Source: a virus (Duplodnaviria; Heunggongvirae; Uroviricota; Caudoviricetes). From it: 64,000 nt of DNA. Position 1 is the first letter of the stretch, and the number at the start of each line of letters is the position of its first letter. The stretch is taken from IMG/VR virus record IMGVR_UViG_3300042348_001111, positions 43,453 through 107,452 of that record. One strand, given 5' to 3'. Of the stretch, positions 9,444-18,294 are shown one piece after another. The position numbers were made by a program, and so were the translations under genes. Under the pieces are notes generated by a model. That model saw nothing but the letters and a program-made list of their open reading frames with translations, made no database searches and was not told the origin of the DNA.

Positions 9444-9818
9444 ATGCAGTACCAAGACTTTAAAAAAATATTGCTCACATATAAAAAAGGCACTCAAAAC
9501 ATCACTGCACTGGATAAAATAGGTGTTGACCTCTTTGAAAGTCCTTATGAACTAAACAGCGTTCTTGAACACATGCTGATGTTTTCCATGGGTTGTCACT
9601 ACACAGAAGAGGGCTTGGAGTGGATCAGCTGGTTCATCTATGAGAACGAGTGGGGAAAGAAAAAGTGGAAAGGGCCCTTGTATGAGCGCAACAGTGAAGG
9701 AAAGCTGGTTGCTTCTGGAAACTCTGATGGATACGGGGCGCATGACCGCAAAGGAAAACCTATATGCTATTCTATGCGCTCTTTGCATCAGCATTTACAA
9801 AAAGACCATCTTAAATAA
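9444..9818 (+). CDS. Hypothetical protein
   Basis: 124-aa ORF, the first gene of the rightward block. Confidence 0.45.
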   Translation: MQYQDFKKILLTYKKGTQNITALDKIGVDLFESPYELNSVLEHMLMFSMGCHYTEEGLEWISWFIYENEWGKKKWKGPLYERNSEGKLVASGNSDGYGAHDRKGKPICYSMRSLHQHLQKDHLK

Positions 9819-9827
9819 GCTTTAGCC

Positions 9828-10313
9828 ATGTACGTCACCAGAGAAAAAGAGTGGGAGGCCTTGGTCAAGGTCTGCCAGGTCCTTGAGAAAAACCTAAGCC
9901 TGGTGCCAGGCAAAGCGGCAGTAGCCATGGTCAGTCCTGACTACAGTGCCACGGCAGCCATGCACATCGCCCATCACTTAAGCCACGGTGGTGAGATGCT
10001 GGACATTGTGCCTGTAGAGGTGCCTTACCCTGATGAGGATCCTGAGCGTTACCGCAAGCTCTTTGCCAACCGCACCTGCTTTGAGTTTTTTCCCTTTGAG
10101 ACAGTGATCCTGGTAGAGGCAGGGGTGATCACCGGTGGCAACTACAACTTTTTTGCCAATCATCTTATAGAGATGGGCTTCAGAGTAGTCACTGTAGCCT
10201 TGTTTGAGAACGTCCACAGCAGGTTTCAAAGCGATGTGGTAGGTTTTTACTATGACCACCAGGCTGAACAGCTGGAGTTTTACTATGAAAGAGACAACAA
10301 CCACTGGAAATGA
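9828..10313 (+). CDS. Phosphoribosyltransferase-like protein (putative PRPP-binding fold)
   Basis: Motif TVILVEAGVITGGN resembles the type-I PRTase PRPP-binding loop (hhhhDD..TGGT), but it lacks the acidic pair. Local GC is about 50%, against about 38% for the genome. Confidence 0.35.
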   Translation: MYVTREKEWEALVKVCQVLEKNLSLVPGKAAVAMVSPDYSATAAMHIAHHLSHGGEMLDIVPVEVPYPDEDPERYRKLFANRTCFEFFPFETVILVEAGVITGGNYNFFANHLIEMGFRVVTVALFENVHSRFQSDVVGFYYDHQAEQLEFYYERDNNHWK

Positions 10314-10756
10314 AAAAAGCCATCTTTAAGTTCAATCGTGGAAGAATGGCGCTGCTGTGCTCCAAATGCAGAAGAATTGTCAAAACAGGTCCTGAGTTTT
10401 CTTTAGATGAGCTGGCAGCATCCCAAGGGGAAGGTGCCATAGGACCACAATACTGTGAACAGTGCAAACCTGGTATAGAAGAACCTGACTACATGCTGGT
10501 TCGCGCAGAAGATGGTCTGACACTCACTGCAAAAGAAATTAAGTTTATTGAATGGAAAGAAGACGGTTCCTTTGAAAAAGGTCATGATCAAGCAGCTGAA
10601 GGGCGGTCTTTGATTCTAGATCCTCAGTACGGCAGGTTCTTCACCTGGATGACCACCCAAATTGTCAAAATCACTGAACAGAACCCCAACTCCATAAAAT
10701 TCTCTACCAAAAACTCTAACTACCTGCTGCAATGGAAACAGAAACCAAGCGACTAA
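10310..10756 (+). CDS. Zn-ribbon protein
   Basis: CSKC...CEQC pairs. Lies in the GC-rich island. Confidence 0.4.
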   Translation: MKKAIFKFNRGRMALLCSKCRRIVKTGPEFSLDELAASQGEGAIGPQYCEQCKPGIEEPDYMLVRAEDGLTLTAKEIKFIEWKEDGSFEKGHDQAAEGRSLILDPQYGRFFTWMTTQIVKITEQNPNSIKFSTKNSNYLLQWKQKPSD

Positions 10757-11196
10757 CCGCTGAGATCATCAAGATTTACCCTGAAATGTTCCAAGGTACA
10801 GACCCCAACTACACCCCCTGGAGAGCAGGTTTAGGTGTAGACCTGGGTTGGTACCCTATCATAAAGCGCCTGGTCACTACCATAAAGGAAAACGATGACC
10901 AGTACAACCTGGAAAATGGTACTGAGGTGGTGACAAAGGTTTTTGACATCAAAGAAAAGTATGGCAGCTTAAGATTCCATCCTGTTGGTGGAACCAGTGA
11001 CAAAAACTGGGATGCCATAGAAGCTGCAGAAAATGAATCTGAAAACACCTGTGAGACCTGCGGGTCAACAGAGGATGTAGGCACCTGGACCAAAGGATGG
11101 ATTGTGACCTGCTGCAAGAGCTGCGCTCAAAAGCGTACTGAATTTCAAACCCCTAAACAAGAGCTTGACGCAGTCTGGCTACCAAGAAAAAAATGA
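10732..11196 (+). CDS. Zn-ribbon protein
   Basis: CETCGS...CCKSC pairs. ATG start. Confidence 0.4.
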   Translation: METETKRLTAEIIKIYPEMFQGTDPNYTPWRAGLGVDLGWYPIIKRLVTTIKENDDQYNLENGTEVVTKVFDIKEKYGSLRFHPVGGTSDKNWDAIEAAENESENTCETCGSTEDVGTWTKGWIVTCCKSCAQKRTEFQTPKQELDAVWLPRKK

Positions 11197-11456
11197 AAAC
11201 CTGGATGAAACTATTTTTGACCGGTGTGGTGCAGGTCTACTTTGTTGCTATTAACACCGTCTTTTTAAGCAAAGAACTCTATGTTGGTGTCTTCTTTGCA
11301 GCCTTTATGATATCCATGGTTTGGTCTTACAATATCAAGAAGATTGTTTTTGGTACAATGATAGACAGAGTGCTATACTCTCTAGGTGCTACTGTAGGCA
11401 GTCTGCTTGGGTTATTCACAAGTGGTTTACTTGCAGATTTTATCACTAACTTATAG
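11193..11456 (+). CDS. Small membrane protein (2-3 TM)
   Basis: Hydrophobic 87-aa ORF. Confidence 0.4.
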   Translation: MKTWMKLFLTGVVQVYFVAINTVFLSKELYVGVFFAAFMISMVWSYNIKKIVFGTMIDRVLYSLGATVGSLLGLFTSGLLADFITNL

Positions 11457-11470
11457 TGAACCCCACATTA

Positions 11471-12117
11471 TGAAAGACCCTAATAGATCGCGTAAGACTG
11501 AAATTAAGTATTTAGTTGAGTTAAATGAAGAGCAGAAAGACGCCAAGCGTCTGATAAGAGATAACCAGATAGTGATCGTTACAGGACGCGCAGGTTCAGG
11601 AAAGTCATTGGTATCAGCTCAAACAGCACTAGACTTCTTATTCAAGAAAGAGTGCGAGAACATCTATGTAACGCGTGCCACCATTGAGGTGGGTGCTACC
11701 ATGGGGTTGTTGCCTGGATCACTGGACGAAAAGTTTAACCCTTACCTGGAAGCTTTTGTGGAGAATCTGGAAAAGTGCTATGATAAAACTAAAATCCAGG
11801 AGATGGTCAAAAACAAACAGATCGTGGCATATCCTGTGCAGTTCATTAGGGGTAAGACTATAGATGATGTCTTAGTAGTAGAAGAAGCACAAAACCTGAC
11901 TAAATCTCAGATGCTGGCTATTCTCACACGCTTGGGTAAAACAGGTAAGATCATCGTCAATGGAGACAACGAGCAAAAAGATATCAGAGATGAGTACAAC
12001 GGACTATCCTACGCTATTGAACTCAGCAAGAAAATCTCTGAAATCAAATGGATCAAGCTTAAAGAGAACCACCGCTCTGATCTAGTAGGAAAGATCCTTG
12101 ACTTTGAATACAACTAA
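11471..12117 (+). CDS. phoH: PhoH-like ATPase
   Basis: Walker A GRAGSGKS, then YVTRATIEVG...LPG and VVEEAQNLT. These are classic PhoH-family motifs. The start is set at the first ATG after the upstream gene (MKDPNRSRK). Confidence 0.8.
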
Positions 12118-12130
12118 CTAACCTGACACC

Positions 12131-12343
12131 ATGATACGTTTACACAACAACTTTGACTTTGGTCAAATTGTCTACCTAAAGTCTGACACCATGCAACTCC
12201 CAAGACTTATTAACGCGATGCAACTGGCCGGTGACAGCACAGCACCCATCATGTATAGACTCTGTCAAGAGACAGATGAGACCTGGCACTATGAGGTAGA
12301 AATCTCAGCAGAGAAAGACATCATGATGACAACTAACAACTAA
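12131..12343 (+). CDS. Hypothetical protein
   Basis: 70-aa ORF followed by a CCCCCC/GGGGG hairpin plus T-run. Confidence 0.4.
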   Translation: MIRLHNNFDFGQIVYLKSDTMQLPRLINAMQLAGDSTAPIMYRLCQETDETWHYEVEISAEKDIMMTTNN

Positions 12344-12377
12344 AAACACTCCCCCCTCCTTTAAACAACCCTCAGGT

Positions 12378-12398
12378 ACCCCCCTGGGGGTTTTGTCA
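12378..12398 (+). terminator. Rho-independent terminator-like hairpin (CCCCCC-TG-GGGGG + TTTTG)
   Basis: Seen in the sequence immediately after the 12343 stop. Confidence 0.45.
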
Positions 12399-12528
12399 TT
12401 TTGGGGCGCACTACACAAAATCGGGGCGCTCTCATGATTTCCCTATAGAGAGAGAACAAACACTAAGGAGAGAAATGACACACTAACTCACGCACTGACA
12501 TGAGGTGTGAACTGATGGGTGTAAAAAT

Positions 12529-12732
12529 GTGATGTGGGTGAGAGTGGTGGGAGTCCCTATGACAACGATCCCCCCAAGAAACACAACAACCCTCAACCCC
12601 CCTGTGTATGCAGGTCAAATCCTTTACGCTATGTACCACACATGGAACATTGCAGGACACGACATCATTGCTAAGAGTCTGAGGGAAGCCTTTGCTTACT
12701 TTAAGAACTACTGCATGAATGTCAATGGGTGA
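12529..12732 (+). CDS. Hypothetical protein
   Basis: 67-aa ORF. An antisense ORF overlaps it, and the coding call is weak. Confidence 0.25.
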   Translation: MMWVRVVGVPMTTIPPRNTTTLNPPVYAGQILYAMYHTWNIAGHDIIAKSLREAFAYFKNYCMNVNG

Positions 12733-12855
12733 AAGTCATCCAACCTGCACACGCAGACACAAGAGAGATGCTCTGTCACAAGGGCGTCTCTCTTGGTCTT
12801 TAAGGCGTTTGATTAACCTTCAACCCACCTTGTTGTTCAACTAAACCCAATTCTC

Positions 12856-13095
12856 GTGCACAAAATCAAATCTTTCGTCATGCCTGCCCAGGTGCTTGCA
12901 TGGCTACTCATCTCAGGTACCATGACAGTTATCTGGCATGTATTTGTTGCAGGCGCTATCAGCATGCTAACACGCAGTCAGACATTCATGGATGTTAGCG
13001 ACTCATATACCACATGGAATATGAGCTTCATGATGTTCGTTTTCTCACTAATTATTGTTGGCGTATGGTTGTGGGCGGGAGAGTCAAAGCGTTGA
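12856..13095 (+). CDS. Small membrane protein
   Basis: 79 aa with 2 TM. Preceded by copy 1 of the CAACCTTCAAC...TTCAACTAAACCC motif. Confidence 0.45.
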   Translation: MHKIKSFVMPAQVLAWLLISGTMTVIWHVFVAGAISMLTRSQTFMDVSDSYTTWNMSFMMFVFSLIIVGVWLWAGESKR

Positions 13096-13211
13096 CCACT
13101 GGCTGTCTGGTATCTGTTGGCACATGGTTGTGGGAGGATTAGTCCTCTCACAGCCTTTGTGTCTCATATCAACCTTCAACTCCCCTTTTGGTTCAACTAA
13201 ACCCTAAACTC

Positions 13212-13436
13212 ATGTTAAAATCTTTGATTATCCAACAATCACGCCCCACAGACCGCATTGCTGTTGCCGACGAGTACATAAATGTCGACAAAGAAACTCA
13301 TTTGTTTGTACACGGCATGGTAATAGATGCTAAAAAGAGTCCTTTTGTAAAGCGCGTCACCGCATTCAATAAGACTGTCTACTTGGTCAACATAGACCTC
13401 ATGATGAGAATTGAGGCGTCTAACCTTTTAACATAA
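13212..13436 (+). CDS. Hypothetical protein
   Basis: First ATG (MLKSLIIQQ). The track's start at 13188 is a TTG that lies inside the promoter-like motif. Confidence 0.4.
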   Translation: MLKSLIIQQSRPTDRIAVADEYINVDKETHLFVHGMVIDAKKSPFVKRVTAFNKTVYLVNIDLMMRIEASNLLT

Positions 13437-13444
13437 ACCACTGA

Positions 13445-13480
13445 CCCTCCTGCGATAGCATCAAAGGAGGGTCTTTTGTT
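13445..13480 (+). terminator. Rho-independent terminator (GACCCTCC...GGAGGGTC + TTTTGTTT)
   Basis: Perfect 8-bp stem followed by a T-run directly after the stop. Confidence 0.6.
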
Positions 13481-13551
13481 TCTCACTGCAACCTTCAACC
13501 CCCCTTTTCATTCAGTTCATTTTGTTTCACTAAACCCTAATTTAAACTACC

Positions 13552-14052
13552 ATGAACAAAGTTTTCATCACCCCCAATGCTCAGACCGGTGCTCTTGTCA
13601 CTCCGTTTAGTAGCAACCCAGACTACGGTTACCTCCAACTGCAGTCTGTCGAAATGACCCAACGCGATGGCGGTTGGTTGGAGGAAAAACGCCGCAGTGC
13701 ATTGCTACGCGCTAAGACAGAGGTCTTAGAAAGCTTCATTGCACAGCAAGGCAAAACGCTCATGCTGCCCGGTCGCATTGTTGTTCGCGAGTTTGTTGAA
13801 AGCAACCTCCCTGAAAACTATGCTTCGCGTCTGAACAAAAAGCTCTCCTACGAGCAAGCTGTTCAACCGTTCCTGAAGCGTGCAGGTAAAGACGGTGTTG
13901 CGCTTACCTGCGGTGGTGAGCGCATCCTGCGTTTCTCAGACTACGACGCATCCGGCACGCAGTCTGACGTCTCTGTAGCTCACGACAATGTCAGTGAGGT
14001 CGCAGAGTTCCGCGCAGCTGTCAACGCACACAGCGCCACACTGCCTGCGTAA
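13552..14052 (+). CDS. Hypothetical protein, paralog A of a tandem pair
   Basis: 166 aa. About 45% identical to the product of 14305-14796 (shared ITPF..N.DYGYLQL, LLRAK.-VL, LPG.IVV.E.VES..PEN, KRAG.DGV.L...GERI.RFS.YDA.G). Confidence 0.55.
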   Translation: MNKVFITPNAQTGALVTPFSSNPDYGYLQLQSVEMTQRDGGWLEEKRRSALLRAKTEVLESFIAQQGKTLMLPGRIVVREFVESNLPENYASRLNKKLSYEQAVQPFLKRAGKDGVALTCGGERILRFSDYDASGTQSDVSVAHDNVSEVAEFRAAVNAHSATLPA

Positions 14053-14067
14053 CGCTGAACTTGACAC

Positions 14068-14125
14068 ACCAGGTTGGGAGATTCGTCTCCCAGCCTTGGT
14101 GCAAGTCAGGTCAGTTTTTTCTCAA
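14068..14125 (+). terminator. Terminator-like hairpin (GGTTGGGAGA/TCTCCCAGCC) followed by a T-run
   Basis: Seen in the sequence after the 14052 stop. Confidence 0.4.
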
Positions 14126-14304
14126 CCACAAGTCAAGAACGTGCTCTTGTGCATGCATGCAAATCACGAGGGTGTCAGTTTTTTCCTAAGTAACCTCTCA
14201 GAACAACCCTCAAACCCCCTTTGAGTAAAACTCTGAGAACAGACTTAGTACAGACAACCTTCAACCCCCCCATCAATTCACACTTAAAACCAAATTTTTT
14301 TATT

Positions 14305-14796
14305 ATGTCTCAAGTCCAAATCATCCCCAACTCCACCACAGGTAGCCTCATTACTCCGTTCAAAAACAATGCTGAGTACGGTTACCTACAATTGTCTCAG
14401 TCCTCTATGATCCCCGAAGGAAGTTGGATCAGAGAACGCAAGCGTAGCACCCTGTTGCGCGCTAAGTGCGACGTGTTGCAGCGTTTTGTGCAGTCTAACA
14501 AGACACTGTCACTCCCTGGACACATCGTTGTCAAAGAGTACGTTGAAAGCGAAGTTCCTGAGAATCTCTTTGAACAGTTCGCTAACAAGAATCTACCCGC
14601 TTCTCAAGCACTTGACAGTTTTGTCAAACGCGCAGGTCAAGACGGCGTAGAACTCTGTGTAGACGGTGAACGCATCATCAGATTCTCTGTGTATGACGCA
14701 ACCGGTCAAGACCAGGATGTTTATGTACAGCACAACAACACCGATGCTGTACGTGAATTCAACGCTGTACGCAATTCTCAGAACGCAAAACTCTAA
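14305..14796 (+). CDS. Hypothetical protein, paralog B of the tandem pair
   Basis: ATG at 14305. Homologous to the 13552 gene along its full length. Confidence 0.55.
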   Translation: MSQVQIIPNSTTGSLITPFKNNAEYGYLQLSQSSMIPEGSWIRERKRSTLLRAKCDVLQRFVQSNKTLSLPGHIVVKEYVESEVPENLFEQFANKNLPASQALDSFVKRAGQDGVELCVDGERIIRFSVYDATGQDQDVYVQHNNTDAVREFNAVRNSQNAKL

Positions 14797-14825
14797 GAAT
14801 TGTAAAGCACTACAACTAATTTCTG

Positions 14826-14878
14826 AGAGAGTTGCTGAAGATTTAATAAGTCTTTAGCACTCTCTTAGATTTTTTTTG
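14826..14878 (+). terminator. Terminator-like hairpin (AGAGAGT...ACTCTCT) followed by T8
   Basis: Seen in the sequence after the 14796 stop. Confidence 0.4.
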
Positions 14879-15487
14879 TAAACGTAATGATTCCACAAGT
14901 AATTGATATACAAGAACTTATGTGAGTGGTAAGACACCCTCACTCAATACTTGAATGATCAAGAACACCTGTAGAAATCAAAAAATTTGACACTAAATGG
15001 CTATAAACCACTTGTTTTTGCCAGACAGTGTCATTCTCATGCACCAGTTGTAGTAGTAAGATTAGACTTATCTTACTAGTAAGTCCTTACATTAAGTCTC
15101 TGTAAAACCTCCCTATGTCTATACATGAAAAGACTTGAGGTTGAATGCTAGGCAGCAGAGTGTGTTTTGAAGGCAAGGTATTAAGAGCAAGAGCGCTACT
15201 GATATACTACTACAACTAAGTGCTATGAGAGAGATATCTTCTTATCTTCTCTCTTCATGTAGAATCATAAGAGTCACCCGCGCCAGGCAGATCTGTGAGA
15301 AAAACAATACCGCTCCTCTCCTCTGGTTTATGCAGACCTGTTAACAAAGATGATATCACCATCATCTTGTCTGTGTAGACTACAATCAAACGATAAAAGC
15401 AGACCAACGAGCGGCGTTGGTGTGTCTGGCGTTGGTACTCTAATGTTCTATTTATATCATATTGTCCACTAAAACCTTCTAATTAAC

Positions 15488-15757
15488 ATGAACCTTAAAA
15501 AACTATTTGTATTTCTCACACTTTTGGTTAGTGTGATAAGCTTGTCTTCTTTTGGTATTAAAGCCTATGTTGATTATGAGGTTCTCAACACTCTTGAGGA
15601 TATGAAAGAGTGGGTTGAGTATGACATGGCTGAATGCACCGATTCATGCATGACCAGCAAGTTGGATACTTACAAGCTCAATCTAGATTTTTGCATTAAA
15701 AGACTGCGTAATCAAAATTCACACACTAAACGTGCATCTCATGACAATGACTATTGA
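15488..15757 (+). CDS. Small secreted or membrane protein
   Basis: N-terminal hydrophobic segment. Cys-rich. Confidence 0.4.
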   Translation: MNLKKLFVFLTLLVSVISLSSFGIKAYVDYEVLNTLEDMKEWVEYDMAECTDSCMTSKLDTYKLNLDFCIKRLRNQNSHTKRASHDNDY

Positions 15758-15992
15758 CGAATTCTTTAAACAACACAGTTCTCAGCTTGTAAAACTGCAT
15801 GAAGACGACTCTGAAACAGGCAACTTCAGGCTCTTTTGTCCTGAAGAATGCTCTACTGCTACCCATTACAAAGACAATGGTTATGTTTTAGCGTCTATTT
15901 TTGAAGATCTTGACGGTGATGAGTATGTTGTCCTGGACAACGACTCAGATGATGCATTAGACAAAGTTGGTTTCTTTATCCTGCAACCTTAA
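15741..15992 (+). CDS. Hypothetical acidic protein
   Basis: The first ATG gives MTMTIDEFF. The track's start is a GTG. Confidence 0.35.
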   Translation: MTMTIDEFFKQHSSQLVKLHEDDSETGNFRLFCPEECSTATHYKDNGYVLASIFEDLDGDEYVVLDNDSDDALDKVGFFILQP

Positions 15993-16089
15993 AATTTACA
16001 AAACCAATGAAATTAAAAGTTACTGGTCAAGATAGAGCATACTATCTTATCGTAGTTCTTGGAGTTGTAACCATACTTTTCAGAATTGT

Positions 16090-16485
16090 TTGTCTTATCC
16101 TTTATCCTTTAAACCCATAAATCCTGTGAATAATTTAACCGGCTCAAAGTTTTTGCACCCTCGTTTCTGGACACAATCAGAAGAAGCTATTGTCACTCTT
16201 ATTGTAAACAACCGTAAGAAAAACAAGACCCTTCACCATGCGTTTACTAAAGCAGCACGCGCTACAAACCGCAGCGTTTCAGCTGTTGCTGTTCGCTATT
16301 ACACAAATTTGAAACCCACAAGTGTTATTGCCGGCAATGTACACAAAAAGATTACAGTGGGTAATGTCAGTAAAAGACAAACATTAGGTGTTGAAATGAA
16401 CACACAGCTTGTCTGTTTTGTCAAAACGCTGTTCACAAGACTTACACCTGCTGAGAAAGCAGAAGTATTGAAAAACCTAGGTTAG
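16090..16485 (+). CDS. Hypothetical basic protein
   Basis: 131-aa ORF with a TTG start in the track. The true start is uncertain. Followed by a terminator hairpin. Confidence 0.35.
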   Translation: MSYPLSFKPINPVNNLTGSKFLHPRFWTQSEEAIVTLIVNNRKKNKTLHHAFTKAARATNRSVSAVAVRYYTNLKPTSVIAGNVHKKITVGNVSKRQTLGVEMNTQLVCFVKTLFTRLTPAEKAEVLKNLG

Positions 16486-16505
16486 GTTTGACCCACCACT
16501 GGCAT

Positions 16506-16540
16506 ACTGGTTAAAGTATGCTTTTAGCATGAAAACTTAC
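16506..16540 (+). terminator. Terminator-like hairpin (GCATACT...AGTATGC + TTTT)
   Basis: Seen in the sequence after the 16485 stop. Confidence 0.4.
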
Positions 16541-16893
16541 TAGTTCTCTGTTTTTACTATAACAATCTGACCGCACAGCTGAGTGCAAATGGTATTAATA
16601 GAGGTAAGCAGTTGTAATCTCCTTTGCTGGAGTTAAATAGGGGATTTATGACGCAGAACCAGTTACAACTTAGTGCTATACTTTGTCTAAAACAACTGCA
16701 GTGCATGAAGGGTGTTTACAAGGGTTGATCACCTTATTGCACCTACGAAGGCTTAACAAGCCACTTGAAACGTAGCACTGTGGTTGTTTTTAGACATTGT
16801 GTTGTTCCCTTGAGAAAGGAATATGGAAGCATAATAAATGGAAGGAAATTACGAACATTTTCCACAACACAGAGGACTTCTCATCCTCAACAC

Positions 16894-16989
16894 AGTCAGG
16901 TGGCGGAATGGTAAACGCTCGCTTCAAGGTGCGGTCAGTCAACGAAATGTAAAACTGACTTGCAGGTTCGAATCCTGTCCTGACTACCA
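16894..16989 (+). tRNA. tRNA-Leu (type II, long variable arm), probable anticodon CAA; 3' CCA is encoded
   Basis: 7-bp acceptor stem AGTCAGG/CCTGACT. D-arm GTGGCGGAATGGTAAACGC is typical of tRNA-Leu. T-arm GCAGG-TTCGAAT-CCTGT, discriminator A, then CCA. The anticodon region reads TTCAAGG, but the anticodon stem is irregular. Confidence 0.7.
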
Positions 16990-17411
16990 AGTTAACCACA
17001 CTAAGACTAGAAACGTGGTGACAGCGTGGAAAGACACGCGTTTAATGTACCATTCTCACGTGGATATAAAGACTTCTTAGTAGTAACCATAGGTTTACAG
17101 TAACAATACTGGATGAAATTCTCCTATGCAATATTGTTTATGCTCAAGAGATACTAAGATGTAAAACCACACTGATTAATTACAGGTTATCTAGATAACT
17201 TCTTCACAATATATATGTTTTAAACGCAACAAGAATGGTGAAGGTAAATCAGTCTCCCAAGGGTGAGCAGTTGTAATAGAGTAATGAAACATATAGAGTT
17301 GAGAAGTTAGCAAATAAATCTTCTTAATGTCCTAGCGGGCATTCCTATGTGTTAGTAATTACTAGTTTAAACCTATTACAACTAAGTGCAGAGGGAACGC
17401 GGCAAGTGCAA

Positions 17412-17456
17412 GGTGTCTGGTTTCTCATACCCAGGCACCTCACTTGTTGTTTTTTA
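17412..17456 (+). terminator. Terminator-like hairpin (GGTGTCTGG...CCAGGCACC) followed by a T-run
   Basis: Seen in the sequence. Confidence 0.35.
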
Positions 17457-17496
17457 AAACTTATTTGATATTAACTTTACAACTTAAATTTTAATT

Positions 17497-17703
17497 ATGA
17501 AAAAACTTTTTGTTTTTATCACAATCATCTTGACAATTGGTTGTGAAAATAATCGTCCGTATAAAGTTGTAAATGTAAACAGCTTGAACGACAGTACTTG
17601 TAAGTATGTATTGTCACGATCTAATGGATTTGGTCCACAAGTCAAAACTATGACAGCACCATGCGGGAAGTACACACTTTTCCAAACCATAAACGAAAAA
17701 TGA
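17497..17703 (+). CDS. Small lipoprotein
   Basis: MKKLFVFITIILTIGC: signal peptide with a lipobox Cys. 68 aa. Confidence 0.5.
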   Translation: MKKLFVFITIILTIGCENNRPYKVVNVNSLNDSTCKYVLSRSNGFGPQVKTMTAPCGKYTLFQTINEK

Positions 17704-17984
17704 CAAGAGAAAAATTTATAAAAAAGTGGCTTGGTAATAAAGACTACCAATACACAGAAGAAAACCGAGATTTAATGCGAGATGATTTAGACAAAGTGAT
17801 AAACCGAGCATTGCAACAACCACTTGTTGGCGGTTCGTTGCCGATGTACGATGTTGAAGAATTGAATGAAATTGTAAAAGAACTGAATAGTGGGAAACTC
17901 TCTCTGTTTGATTTTGTAGGTAAAGTTTGGAACAAAGCTTATATACTCGGATGTATTGATGGGTTGAAAGGCAATGACCACTAA
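17700..17984 (+). CDS. Hypothetical protein
   Basis: ATG at 17700 overlaps the upstream stop (ATGA). Confidence 0.4.
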   Translation: MTREKFIKKWLGNKDYQYTEENRDLMRDDLDKVINRALQQPLVGGSLPMYDVEELNEIVKELNSGKLSLFDFVGKVWNKAYILGCIDGLKGNDH

Positions 17985-18050
17985 CGGTTTGCGTATTGCT
18001 GACGTTGCCAATTTGAAAAACAAATGTTGAATACTTAAATAAAAGTTGAT

Positions 18051-18248
18051 ATGAAAATTGAAGTTAAAATTACCGATGAAGCTGGCAATGTTCAGCAATA
18101 CGATGTTAGCGGTTCGTTGCTATTGGATGATAGCAAATTGAAACAACTAATATGGGAAGATTGGGAAGGTGAAATTAAAGAGGAAGACCCAAGACAAATG
18201 GTTTTTAAGTATATGAAAATGATGCGTAGTGAGTTTGTTAAGAATTGA
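18051..18248 (+). CDS. Hypothetical protein
   Basis: 65-aa ORF. Confidence 0.35.
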   Translation: MKIEVKITDEAGNVQQYDVSGSLLLDDSKLKQLIWEDWEGEIKEEDPRQMVFKYMKMMRSEFVKN

Positions 18249-18294
18249 CCGCTAACTCGTTTATTTGTTCTATTAAAACCTAACCTTTAAATCT

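Noticed and set aside
9552-10591. Antisense ORFs 9552-9794, 9978-10304, 10189-10467 and 10403-10591, plus 9640-9825 on the plus strand
   Set aside because: They fall in the GC-rich island, where stop codons are depleted. They overlap better sense-strand genes, and their products are Ala/Gly/Pro-rich nonsense.
12463-12660. Minus-strand 65-aa ORF in the GT-rich tract
   Set aside because: It is Cys/His-rich with low complexity, and it is antisense to the only plausible plus-strand gene in a plus-strand block.
16790-17080. ORFs 16790-16999 (-) and 16838-17080 (+) spanning the tRNA-Leu
   Set aside because: They overlap a clear tRNA gene with an encoded CCA. They are spurious.
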